Positions 40,301-50,827 of a DNA stretch of 64,000 bases are shown here, in pieces. The notes under the pieces are model-generated. The model saw only the letters and a program-made list of their open reading frames with translations. It ran no database searches and was not told the origin of the DNA. The first letter of the stretch is position 1, and each line of letters opens with the position of its first letter. Source of the DNA: Candidatus Latescibacterota bacterium (lineage in GTDB: Bacteria; Latescibacterota; UBA2968; GCA-2709665); the NCBI GenBank assembly GCA_965226795.1, contig CBDDDZ010000004.1, positions 800,001 through 864,000 of the forward strand, in the 5' to 3' direction. The translations under genes and the position numbers were made by a program.

Positions 40301-43300
40301 GGTGCTTCCCGTGCCCGATTCCGACCAGTCGCTCGTGCCTTCTGGCGAGCGCGCCAGCACCTGCACCTGGTAGCTCGTACCCGGGGTGCGGCCCGTGATG
40401 GTTGCGGTGCGCTCCGCGCTGTTGTGCGTCCAGCCGCTGAAGCCGCCGCTGTCCCCTTCCCGGTACTGCACGTCGTAGTCGTTGATGTCGGGGCCGGTGT
40501 TTGCCGGCTCGTCCCACGTGACCTCCAGGCTGGTGGACGACGCCGCCGAGACGGAGGGCGCGTCGGGGGTGCCGGGTCTTTCCTGCTGGTCCGTCAGGTT
40601 GATCCTGACCGCAATCGTGTTGCTGCCGCCCTGCCCGTCTTCGACGCGTACGATGACGTCATAGCGGGGCTTTGCCTCAAAGTCATAGGTGACTCCCGGT
40701 TGGGTCTCAAGCTGCGCGCCGTCCAGCGCGAACGCGGCCTGGTCCGTGCCTTCCAGGTCGTAGGTGAGGGTTCCCCCGTCGATATCCCTCGCGGTTAAGG
40801 GGTTGCCGATATCATTTGTGCCCGTGGTATTCTCCACCAGAGAGCGCGCGGTGCTCGTCCCCTCGTTGAACGTCGGCGCCCGGTTGGCCACGGTTCTGGC
40901 ATCGGCGGACTCGGACCAGTCGCTCTCCCCTTCGGGAGAGCGTGCCAGCACCTGCACCCGGTAGGGCGTGTCGGCCGTCAGGGAGGTGATGGTCGTGGTC
41001 GTCCCCGGCCCCGTGTGCGGCCAGTCGGTGAAGGCGCCGCCGTCCTCGCTGAACTGCACGTCGTAGTCGTTGATAGCAGGACCGGTGTTGGCAGGGGCCG
41101 TCCAGCGTATGGACAGGCTGTTCAGCGTCTGCGCCGTGACCGTGGGCTTGTCAGGCGCCTCCGGCGCTTCGCTGTCGTCGTCGGTCACGTCTATGGTCAC
41201 GGCAATGGTCGCCCGCCCGCCCTGCTCGTCCTGCGCTTCCACCGTCACGGAGTAGCGGTCCTTCGTCTCGAAGTCGTAGGTGGCGTCCGCCGATGTTCGC
41301 AGTTGACCCGTATTCTCATCGACGTCAAAACTCTCCATGTCGCCGCGGGTGAGGCTGTACGTCAGTCGTCCGCTTCCACCGCGGTGTTCTCCGGGTCGTC
41401 CGCTCGCAGCGGGACGCCCAGGTTGTGCACACCGGTCGTATTCTCGGCCACCTCGCGCGTGGTACTCCGTCCCTCGTCGAACACCGGCGAAAGGTTGGAA
41501 CTGGTCGTCCCGAAGCCTGATCCAGACCACCCGCCCTCGCCTTCGTCGTTGTGTGCGCGCACCTGCACCTCGTAGCGAGTGTTGACGTCAAGGTCGATGA
41601 TGGTCGCACTCGTGCCCGGTCCGTCGTGTGTATGGGGGAGGAAGTTGCCGCTCTTCCGGATTTGCACGTCGTAGTCCGTGATATCGGGACCCGTGTTGTC
41701 CGGCGCGTCCCACGTGACCGTCAGGCTGGTGGTCGACGCCGGTTGTACCAGCGGCGCGGCGGGAATCTCCGGCGGCTCGTCCACGTCGGCCACGTGGATG
41801 GTCACGCCGATCGTGGCCGATTCGCCGTAGGGGTCGCTGCCTACCAGGTCGACGGAATACCTGTCGTTATCCTCGAAGTCGTACGTGATGCCCGACAACG
41901 TGCGCAGTTGGCCACTCCCGGTGGCCACCGAAAAGCTGGCGGAGTCCGGCCCCGAGAGTCTGTACGTCACCCGGTGTCCGTCCGGGTCCGTGGCGTTGAC
42001 CGGATGCTGAATGGGACGGTGCGCGGGCGTGTTCTCCGCCAGGGTGCGCGACGTGCTGCGCCCGTCGTCGAAGGTCGGCGGCCGGTTGTTCTGTGGCGGC
42101 GGAGGCGGTGGCAATACTGTCGTTACGTCGACGGCAAAGGTCGTCTGTGCGCTTTTGCCCTGTACATCGCTGGCAGTGGCGGTGATGGTCGCGCGCCCCG
42201 CGGCCACGCCGCGCACCGTCGCCATCGTATCCGCCACGGTCACCGTGGCAACCCCCTCGTCGGACGACGTCGCGTCATACGTCAACGCCCCAAGTGCCGG
42301 CCGCGTGAACAGGCTGGCCAGGTTCACGGGAAGGTCGCGGTCGACGACCACCGTCAGGTCGCCGATCACGCCCAGGGGCCGCGGACCCACCGTGGGCGCG
42401 CCGGCAACGGTCTCCGACCAGGGGCTCGCGCCCTCCTCGTTCACCGTGCGCACGCGCACCTGATACGCCCGCTCGTTGTCCAGACCCGCAATCGTCACGC
42501 TGGTGTCCGTGCGGCCTACCACAAGCAGCCCCTCCCGCCATTCTTGGGCTTCTGCCGGGTTGTGCCCCACCTCGTACCCGCTCACGGGAGGCTTGCCAGC
42601 CTCGTCCATCGCCGCAAACCAAGTCACGGCGAGCGCCGTGTCGCGGGAGGCCACCCGAACGCTGTCAGGCGCCGCCGAAGGGGGCTCGTCCACGTCCGTG
42701 ACGGTGATGCCCACCACAACCGTGGCGCGGCCCCCCTGCCCGTCGCTGGCGCGTACCGTCACGGAATAGGTGTCCCTGGCCTCGTGGTCGTACGCAGTTC
42801 CCTCTCTTGTGAGAAGCTGACCCGTGCCCGGTTCAATCGCAAAGCTGTCCGAGTGCACGCCCCGCAGGCCGTAGGACAGGGAATTGCCGTCGGCGTCCGT
42901 GGCCGTGACGGGGGCCCCGATGGGCTGTCCGGATGGCGTGTTTTCTTCCATGGTACGCGTCAACGGAGGTGTGGCGTCGAAAGCGGGAGCGCGATTGGGA
43001 TTTTTGCCGAAGTTGCTGGCGAAGACCAGAAAATCGTCGAAGCCGATGCCGCCGTCCTGGGTCAGATCGTACGCCGCCACGTACTTCCCGTCTCCGCGCT
43101 GCGACCCGAAGACGCCGACGAACGCCACAAAGTCGGAGAAGCCCACCACGCCGTCGCCGTCGAAGTCCGGAGAAGGCGGCGCGGCAACCTGCAGCGCCAC
43201 GCCGGCCGCGGGCGAGATCGTCTCGGTCTGCCCGCCCCGCGTAAGCTCGGCGTGCTCCAGCCACACCTCCGTGTCCGAAAACGATGGCGTGGTGCGCAAT

Positions 43301-43725
43301 CGCAGCGTGCCCACAAGCCCGGTGTTCACCGATGCGGAGCCGCTCGACCACGACACACCGATACGGACCGACGTGGTATCCGGCTGTGCAACGGCCTGCG
43401 CGTTCGGCAGCGCGTCGCCCGCATCGAAGCCCTCGAAGACAAGCTGCGTCTGATCATACGTCAGGCGCAACGAAACACCACTGGCATCCTGTATGTCCGT
43501 TGCGAAGATCTGTATCGCGAAAAGCTGATTAGGAAGGAGGTCGAGCGAGGACACGGACTGGTCGCCTGCGGCATCGTCCAGGTCCAGCGTGAGAGAAAAC
43601 CCACTCGGCTGCGTGGACGGCGACCACGGGAGCGCGAACACAAACAGGCAGATCAGGCCGACGACGCCGAGGGTGATAGAGCTGATCTTAATTCGTAAAC
43701 CAGAAATTGCGCCGAAAAAGCCCAC
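37391..43725 (-). CDS. Giant surface protein A: same scaffold as B with a beta-helix/autotransporter-passenger-like tip; one frameshift at ~41370
   Basis: ORFs 41362..43725 and 37391..41530 join on removing a 14-bp insert; tip has repeated NxGxI-x-T-x-G...HGI turns. Confidence 0.85.
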
Positions 43726-44068
43726 GAAATCCTCAATTGAACTGCAAAAATCCGAAATTTGTGTGTCTTTTTTGTGAGTGGGTTCGACATCGATATTTTC
43801 CGGGATAAATATACAAAATGTAATAATAAATATTTAGAAGTAAATTTACCAATGCATTTTCCGATCCAAGTGTCGGGTACCCGCCGAATACAACAGCCCA
43901 TAGGACGTGTTTATCTGTGGTTCGTCAAAGCTCCCGAAAAGGAAAAACGCCACGAACATATCGTAGCGTTACAGATTGCGTTACCGTGGAGCACAGCGAA
44001 GCCGCTCTGGACACGGCATCAAATCTTCGTTCTGGCCTTAAAGATCCAAATGTCTGTTTTAGATATTC

Positions 44069-44217
44069 ATGTATAATCGAATATCAGTTTTGGATTTGAC
44101 CGGCAAAAATGAGTCGCCTATGTGCGACCGCGCCGGACCGCGGACGGGATTCTGATCCTGCCCTGGCGGGATTTCCTCGACCGGCTCTGGAGCGGCGCGA
44201 TTCTCCCGCCCGCGTAG
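44069..44217 (+). pseudogene. Second copy of the collapsed AAA_14/DUF4143 relic
   Basis: MYNRISVLDLTGKNES then, frameshifted, RPRRTADGILILPWRDFLDRLWSGAILPPA*. Confidence 0.6.
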
Positions 44218-44239
44218 TCTCTATTCTTACGACTCCCCA

Positions 44240-44510
44240 CGTGTCCCGTCCTTTCCTCTCCGCTTTTTCTGTCCACGCCTTCCTGTTGTCCCGCCCGCTC
44301 TTGCCGCGTCCCCCTGCCCAGCCCGTTCGACCGGCCGCCGCTATCCCACGATCGCATTGATGTTCTGCACAATACGTGTCCCGTCCTTTCCTCTCCGCTT
44401 TTTCTGTCCACGCCTTCCTGTTGTCCCGCCCGCTCTTGCCGCGTCCCCCTGCCCAGCCCGTTCGAACCGGCCGCCGCTATCCCACGATCGCATTGATGTT
44501 CTGCACAATA
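44240..44510. repeat. ~135-bp tandem duplication including the hisG stop codon
   Basis: cgtgtcccgtcctttcc...gttctgcacaata at 44240 and 44375, differing by one indel. Confidence 0.92.
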
Positions 44511-45337
44511 ATGTCCGTCGCGCCAAGCGTGCGCAGGCGGATCAGAAGCCCGGCCGTTTGTGATTTGGGCACGACGGTTTCAATCGCACTCGCGCAATCC
44601 GACAAAGGGCTGAGTGTCGGCGCGCGCCGGGCGGGCAGCGCATCCAGGACTGCATTTCTCTGACAGTTGTCGACGTTTAATTTGATGAGATGCAGATTTT
44701 CGGCCTCGAGCGCGCCGGCCATCAGGCCTCCCAGGGCGACGAATTCGGAAATTCGGCTGCGTGCAATGACAACAATGGGAGATACCATGATTTCATCGAA
44801 TATTTCGAGGCCGTTTTCGCGCAAACTGATGCCCGTTATCGTGACGCCCACGCCATAGTCGAAAAGCTTCATTGCCACCTTTATTTCGGTGCTTCCGTGT
44901 GAGAAGTCGATATCCGCATTCGAATAGCGGTCGCGGGTGATCGCCGGATATTCGGAACTGATCGTCACTGTTGCATTTTGCGACAACGGCGGGCTGTCCG
45001 GCCGTCCGAACAGGATAACGCGGGCAGAGTCGCGGGTATCCCGGCTGATGTTCAGTTCCGCGAGGCGTTGAATTCGGGTGTCGATTGGGGATTCTTGTGC
45101 GAGTTCGGTTTCGACCACGCAGTCCAATCCGCAGATACCGCAGTCGATCTGTCCTTTCAACAGGGCCAGCGGAATATCCTGCGGGCGCATATAGACGGCC
45201 TGGCTGAAAAGGTCGAGACCGTCTATCGCAACCTGACCGTTGCGTCCGCTGGGGCGAATGTCCAGCCCAACTCGGGAGAGCAGGTCGCACAGCGGTTGTT
45301 GCATGCTGCCGTTGGGCAGACCGAGCGTGAAGTTCAT
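44477..45337 (-). CDS. hisG: ATP phosphoribosyltransferase, long form
   Basis: LGLPNGSM, RPQDIP, DCGICGLD, SEYP, GSTE, TGISLRENGL, LPARRAPTLSPL; follows hisI. Confidence 0.9.
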   Translation of the reverse strand: MNFTLGLPNGSMQQPLCDLLSRVGLDIRPSGRNGQVAIDGLDLFSQAVYMRPQDIPLALLKGQIDCGICGLDCVVETELAQESPIDTRIQRLAELNISRDTRDSARVILFGRPDSPPLSQNATVTISSEYPAITRDRYSNADIDFSHGSTEIKVAMKLFDYGVGVTITGISLRENGLEIFDEIMVSPIVVIARSRISEFVALGGLMAGALEAENLHLIKLNVDNCQRNAVLDALPARRAPTLSPLSDCASAIETVVPKSQTAGLLIRLRTLGATDIIVQNINAIVG

Positions 45338-45340
45338 GTG

Positions 45341-45770
45341 TCACTCCGGGATGGTTTTGGGATCCACGAATTTGAGTTTTCCGTTGGCTATGCTGCGGTA
45401 AAAGCAGCCGTAGCGTGTTCGATCGTTCTCCTTTGTGTGGCACGTTCCATCGCCCTTCAGGCGCACCAGATATAGCAGTGAGTTCTGCTCGCAGTTGATG
45501 CGCACGTCGATCAGTTCGAGCATATCCCCTGACGTTGCCCCCTTGATCCAGAGTTCGTCGCGCGATGTACTCCAGAATGTCGCCACTCGATGTTCAAGTG
45601 CGTGGTCCAGCGCCTGTTCTATTGGCGTAGCCGATCAGGAGTACCGCTTTGCTGTCCACGTCCTGTACGGCAACCGGGATGACGGAGTGGCCGGTTTTTG
45701 CAACCCTGGACAGCTTCTCGAAGTCGAGCTGGATCTCGGTGCCTTCTTCAATTGTGTGATTGGAGGCCAT
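45341..45770 (-). pseudogene. hisI: Phosphoribosyl-AMP cyclohydrolase with +1 frameshift near 45620 (possible sequencing error)
   Basis: LDFEKL...IPVAVQD...LLIGYAN, then FWSTSRDELWIKGATSGD...NCEQNSLLY...CH...CFYR. Confidence 0.88.
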
Positions 45771-45804
45771 GGCGATTTCCTTCTTGCTTAGGATTGAGAG
45801 TCGG

Positions 45805-46527
45805 TCAGGCTTTATCGATGATCGCGACGTAAACGGTTCCCGTTTCAGGAACGAATTTCGAAATCCGCCATCCGGTGTCTTTGAGAATGAATGCCATCTC
45901 TTTTCGAGACACCATCAGGTAATCGAACCAGGCGCCGATATGTCGTTCGTACCGAATCCGGATTCTGAGCTGGCACGAGAACTTACCACGCCTCCGGTTC
46001 GATTCGTGATAACCCAGATGCGCTCTACTCGTATTGGTATATGGGTCCCGGGACTCGGCGATAATCCTCCCGCTGGAAGACGTCATATTGCGCATTTTCC
46101 GCAACAGCCGCCTGGCGCGTTTCAAATTGCCGAAAAGACCGAAATTGGCGCCCATCATGAGCAGGGTGTCGAACTGACCGAGCCGGGAGGAAATCTGCGT
46201 GATATTCAGAACGCTGGCATTCGTGAGGCCGCGTTCCCGGGCCACTCTGATCGCCAGGGGCGAGGCGTCGATGCCCAGGACGTCAAACCCCTTCTGTTGA
46301 AGGTGGACGGCATGTCTTCCCGGACCGCAACCGATATCGAGTACGCGTCCTGAAACATAGTTCATCGACTCCTGATGAAGTGGCGGCCAGTCACAAAAGG
46401 ACTTGAAATAATGGCTCGAATTGCCGGCCGATATGTGCCCATCTTCGCGTTCCACGATTTCCCGGGCGGCCACGCCTCGATGAAAGTCCCACATCATGCG
46501 TCCATATGCATCGTCATTATGTGCCAT
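45805..46527 (-). CDS. Class I SAM-dependent methyltransferase
   Basis: VLDIGCGPGRH, VLGIDAS, FDTLLMMGANFG. Confidence 0.9.
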   Translation of the reverse strand: MAHNDDAYGRMMWDFHRGVAAREIVEREDGHISAGNSSHYFKSFCDWPPLHQESMNYVSGRVLDIGCGPGRHAVHLQQKGFDVLGIDASPLAIRVARERGLTNASVLNITQISSRLGQFDTLLMMGANFGLFGNLKRARRLLRKMRNMTSSSGRIIAESRDPYTNTSRAHLGYHESNRRRGKFSCQLRIRIRYERHIGAWFDYLMVSRKEMAFILKDTGWRISKFVPETGTVYVAIIDKA

Positions 46528-46606
46528 ATCTCATTTCCCTGTCCAGGATAAGCCAAACCCGAGAGATTACCGTTATCGGCGAAACCGTACCACGCCGCCA
46601 CCCATC

Positions 46607-46640
46607 AAAAAAGCCCGCTGTCTCTCGACAGCGGGCTTTT
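46607..46640 (-). terminator. Intrinsic terminator (attenuator) upstream of the MTase-hisI-hisG unit
   Basis: AAAAGCCCGCTGTC-GAGA-GACAGCGGGCTTTTTT on the minus strand. Confidence 0.85.
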
Positions 46641-46664
46641 GTTTTCTACACTTGAAATTAAGGA

Positions 46665-46808
46665 CTATGCCACCGCCGAGCAAATTACGCGAAGGGTCGC
46701 GGAACCGATATGATGGGTATGGCGATGGGCTGTATGGGCGTACGGGATCCCCGTTGGAATGTCGTTGGATCTTTGGGAAATGGCCGCAATGTTATTCAGT
46801 GGTTTCAT
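46665..46808 (-). CDS. Histidine-rich leader peptide (his attenuator, HisL-like)
   Basis: MKPLNNIAAISQRSNDIPTGIPYAHTAHRHTHHIGSATLRVICSAVA*; 5 His in 9 codons, ending ~25 bp before the terminator. Confidence 0.75.
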   Translation of the reverse strand: MKPLNNIAAISQRSNDIPTGIPYAHTAHRHTHHIGSATLRVICSAVA

Positions 46809-47225
46809 AACGCCACTAAAATAGAAAAGCCGCGTTCGCCCGTCAAGAAATTTCTTCCAATGTGCACCGTCGGGGCCACGTCCTTTTGCGTTGTCTCCTG
46901 GGGTTTGATTGCATATTATACGGCGATTTCGATTGTCGATGTCAACGCCGATTTTTAGCGGCGGGGACAAGATGCCCTCGATCCGGAAACCTCTCCCCCC
47001 GGCCCCCTCGGACAGAGCGATCAGCTTTCAGCCGTAAGCTGTCAGCTAAAAACGAAAGGCAAAAGGCATATCGCCGTACGGACTGGCGATGGCAATCCAC
47101 GACGGGCGCGGGAACCTCTCCCCCCGTCCCCCTCTCCTAAAGGAAAGGGGGAGGATCTCTCGCCATGTCCGGCGACGCGACACAGAAGGCTCACACGGAG
47201 ACACAAAGGGAAACAATCGAAAAAC

Positions 47226-47250
47226 GGGCAACCACAAGGGTTGCCCCTAC
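47226..47250. repeat. REP-like palindrome
   Basis: gggcaaccacaagggttgcccctac; other GC-rich hairpins at ~47110-47155. Confidence 0.55.
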
Positions 47251-47721
47251 GAATACAATATGGACGCGGTGGGACGTGGATTGTTCGCGGCATGAAGCGC
47301 ACCGCTCACCATCAGCCTCGAACGCCAAAACCAGGCGTCCCCTGTTGTCCCGAAGAATCGCCGGTACAACAGGTCATCCGCTACGCGGGTGGAGGCAGAT
47401 ACCGCGCTTGAAGGTACAACATCACTATTGAACAGTACATCGAGCAGTCCTATCGAGCGAACGGTGGTGGAGCTGGGGGTTTTTCCGTGCTATTCCGTCC
47501 GGCAAGATAGTTCGGGATGGGCTAGTCCGGTGAAAGGGCAACCCATTCCCATTTGGGCTCTCGAGGTGGTTCACGGAAAAACCGGCCCCGCGCCGAGCGG
47601 CGCCCTTCTTTTTCGCCCTTTTTCTTGGGCGAAGCAAGAAAAAGGGCAAGGGAATAGGGGACGTTTGGGGATGGAGGAAATTCCATGTCCCTGTAATCAG
47701 ACGTTTTGTTGATCGAAAGGA

Positions 47722-49488
47722 ATGGCCATGTCCAAGGTAAATCCCAATGCACTGACCGTGTCGATTGAAACGCCCATGCCGCCGCCGGAATGGGCGATGC
47801 TCGAAAGGGAATTGATCCGGGCGCAGACGCGGGCGTGCGAAGCGTTCTTCAACCGGTACTTTGACTCGAGGGGTTATCTCCAGTGCGTACCCCGATGGGG
47901 CGGTAACGACGGGCCCGACGACGCAATTGAAAATCTGACGGGTTGGCCCATTCTGCACGCGGTCGGTGCGCCGGATTGCATTCTGAAGATGTACAAGCTG
48001 GGGTGGGAGGGACACCTGTTACAGTATACGGAGGCGAAAACCGTGGAGGTGCCGCTGGCCCGGGATGGGATGATTTATAAAGAGTTTCCGGTGAGCCTGG
48101 ACTGGTTCCACCACGGTGAGAGCCTGGCCGTCTTCAATTTACAGGGATTGTCGGATCCATACGATATCAGCTTTCAGCACCGGGCGCGCCGGTACGCGGG
48201 ACTCTATATGGATGAGGACCCGCAGGCCAGGAATTACGATCCGGAGCACAAGATCATCCGCAGTCTGTTTACGGGAAGCGGAGGGCCCCTGCTCCGGAAG
48301 GCGACGGCGCTGGACTGGGCGGGAGACCCGATTGAGGTGGAGGGACGATTCGACCCGGGGCATGGCGAGCGCAATTTCGAGGAGATGCTGGCGCATTTCG
48401 AGGATTACACGGACGTGGTTGGCGACCATCCCATCAACCTGGCGGCCACTACGCTGGGTCTGAACGCGTTTATGGTGGCTGGAGAGCGGAAATACCGGGA
48501 GTGGGTGGTGGACTACGTGGGTGCCTGGGCGGAACGGGCGGCCGCGAACAACGGGATTCTCCCCAGCAATATCGGGTTGGACGGCACGATCGGAGGCGAG
48601 AGCGATGGAAAATGGTACGGCGGGTGTTACGGCTGGGGGTTCACGGTGGTCGTGCCGCAAACAGGCGAGGTATCAAACCGGAACGCGACATACCGGGGTG
48701 TCGCGGGCTTCGGTAACGCGTTGTTGTTGACGGGCGAACGGAAATACGTGGACGTATGGCGCAGGATGCTCGCCGCGGTGAATGCGAATTCCCGGACGGT
48801 GGACGGAAAAACCATGTACCCGCAAATGTACGGCGACGACGGCTGGTACGCCTATCAGGACTCACCGTACAGCCAGGGTGCGCTGGACGTTTACTACTGG
48901 TCGATGGATCCTGAGGATCTGAAATACGTGCCCGAGAACGCATGGCTGAAGTTTCTGGATGGAAAAAACGAGGGATTTGCGGAGGCCGCCTTGCGCCGGG
49001 AATTTGCCTCAATCCGTGAAAAGGTGAACGGTATGCGCCGGGATACCAGCACGCCCGATACGCGGATGTCGGACGATACGCTGCGGTACAACCCCGCCAT
49101 CAATAGCTGTCTGACCCAGTTGATGCTGGGCGGATTGACCCCCCGCTATGGCGAGGCGCTGCATTGCCGCCTCCGATATTTCGACCCCGTGCGCCAGCGG
49201 GCGGGGATACCCGAGGACGTGGCGGCGCTCGTGGAGGGGATGACGGACGAAACGGTCACGGTGACTCTGGTGAACGTGAATCCGGTGGATCATCGGACCG
49301 TAATCGTCCAGGCGGGGGCCTACGGCGAGCACCAGGTGACCGCGGTTCAGACCGACGACAGTACCCATTTCGTGGATTGTCCCTTCTTCACGGTACGACT
49401 CGCGCCCGGAAGCGGCAGCCGGCTCGTTGTCACCTCGAAGCGGTACGTGAATCAACCGACATTCGCATTTCCCTGGGATAGGGAATGA
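47722..49488 (+). CDS. Hypothetical protein, 588 aa
   Basis: Long ORF with GC3-rich codons and AAAGGA RBS; family not recognised. Confidence 0.85.
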   Translation: MAMSKVNPNALTVSIETPMPPPEWAMLERELIRAQTRACEAFFNRYFDSRGYLQCVPRWGGNDGPDDAIENLTGWPILHAVGAPDCILKMYKLGWEGHLLQYTEAKTVEVPLARDGMIYKEFPVSLDWFHHGESLAVFNLQGLSDPYDISFQHRARRYAGLYMDEDPQARNYDPEHKIIRSLFTGSGGPLLRKATALDWAGDPIEVEGRFDPGHGERNFEEMLAHFEDYTDVVGDHPINLAATTLGLNAFMVAGERKYREWVVDYVGAWAERAAANNGILPSNIGLDGTIGGESDGKWYGGCYGWGFTVVVPQTGEVSNRNATYRGVAGFGNALLLTGERKYVDVWRRMLAAVNANSRTVDGKTMYPQMYGDDGWYAYQDSPYSQGALDVYYWSMDPEDLKYVPENAWLKFLDGKNEGFAEAALRREFASIREKVNGMRRDTSTPDTRMSDDTLRYNPAINSCLTQLMLGGLTPRYGEALHCRLRYFDPVRQRAGIPEDVAALVEGMTDETVTVTLVNVNPVDHRTVIVQAGAYGEHQVTAVQTDDSTHFVDCPFFTVRLAPGSGSRLVVTSKRYVNQPTFAFPWDRE

Positions 49489-49589
49489 TTAGCTGTCAGC
49501 GTTCAGTTCTCAGCTGTCAGCTCTCCACCCAACCCATTCCGAAGGCACAAGACGCACCGATGACGGCCGAGACGTTTTAGCAGTAGCTG

Positions 49590-49980
49590 ACGAATCTCGA
49601 CATCCTGGCCAGCTACAGCAGGCCCCGCGTATCTGATTACAACCCCTATTCGGAAAGCCAATTCAAGACGCTCAAATACGCGCTATCATACCCCAGGCGC
49701 TTCACCGGTCCGCAGGACGCACGCACCTATTCCCAGGCGTTTCTTTCCCCGGTACAACACCCAACACCGGCACAGCGGCTTGGAACTGCTCACACCCGAT
49801 ACCGTGCACTACGCCCTAAAGCAGCAGATTCAAGCCGCCGGTCAACAGGTGCTCGACCAGGCTAATAACAAACACCCTGAACGATTTGTTATTGGAAAAC
49901 CTCGACCTCCACACGTTCCCGACGCAGTCTGGAATAATCCACCCAGGAACACCATCGAATGCCATCAGTTGCTTCAGTAA
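49590..49980 (+). pseudogene. IS3-family transposase C-terminal remnant
   Basis: SRPRVSDYNPYSESQFKTLKY...YNTQHRHSGL..LTP..VHY...HPERFV, with frameshift. Confidence 0.8.
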
Positions 49981-50202
49981 ATTCCTACGAGAGCCGTCTC
50001 ATTTTTATTCACACGTTTCGAACATCACCAATTGTCTCACTCTATATTGGCACGTAGGGTTCTTAAGAGATAATAGGACCTCAATCTTTCGGTTGGAAAT
50101 GTAAATAGGTTTTGTTATTTTGCCTACGTCAACAACCATCTCGAATTTCGCTATTTTGGGTATCCGCTCGCACTACATCCAGCCAGGAGGAGAAACATTG
50201 TG

Positions 50203-50685
50203 ATGAACAAAGGAATACAATATTGGCTTCTGATAACCCTGCTGTTTGCTTTTGCTTTTACGAGTTGTGGCGCACTCCTCAAGGGTTCTACTCAAAGCGT
50301 TGGCATTAAATCCTTCCAACAAGGAAGCACTATTGAAGTTGACGGGCAAACCCACGTCAGCCCTGCTCTGATAGAACTGCCACGAAATCAGAATTATGTT
50401 GTTGCCATCTCAAAAGAAGGATACGAGACACAACAGTTAAGAATTACCCAAAAAATCAGTGGCGGTATCGTTGCCCTTGACATTCTCTGTGGAATTTTGC
50501 CCGTCATTGTAGATGCTGTCATGGGCACATGGTACAACCTCTCACCCAAAGAAATCAATGTCAACCTCGTCAGCAAACAAACCGGTGCCCTCGACATACC
50601 CGTCAAAATGGTTCTGATCGACAACGCATCGCTCAAGGTTGTCTCACCTCAACGTGTCCACATCAGAATAGAACAATCCGAATGA
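50203..50685 (+). CDS. PEGA-domain-like lipoprotein
   Basis: Lipobox FTSC; IEVDGQTHVSPALIEL...ISKEGYE; IVDAVMGTWY; low GC. Confidence 0.75.
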   Translation: MNKGIQYWLLITLLFAFAFTSCGALLKGSTQSVGIKSFQQGSTIEVDGQTHVSPALIELPRNQNYVVAISKEGYETQQLRITQKISGGIVALDILCGILPVIVDAVMGTWYNLSPKEINVNLVSKQTGALDIPVKMVLIDNASLKVVSPQRVHIRIEQSE

Positions 50686-50716
50686 GATAACCCCTTGATT
50701 TCAAAACCTTTCAACC

Positions 50717-50749
50717 AGACCCCACTAACTCTGTTGGTAGGGTCTTTTT
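50717..50749 (+). terminator. Probable intrinsic terminator
   Basis: agaccccactaac-tct-gttggtagggtct followed by tttt. Confidence 0.6.
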
Positions 50750-50827
50750 ACCGTTTTGTCACTTTGGTGTATTATTCCCAAAAAAGCCCCGTGTCGGGGG
50801 AGTGTTCAAACTTACGGAGGATGTGAA

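Noticed and set aside
41551..43698. Long + strand ORFs opposite the surface proteins (715, 589, 509, 389 aa) and similar antisense ORFs over 51-62 kb
   Set aside because: Shadow frames of GC3-rich genes with no recognisable motifs
46862..47712. Short ORFs or an RNA gene in the divergent intergenic region
   Set aside because: Composed of hairpin and REP-like pieces; no tRNA cloverleaf or riboswitch consensus recognised
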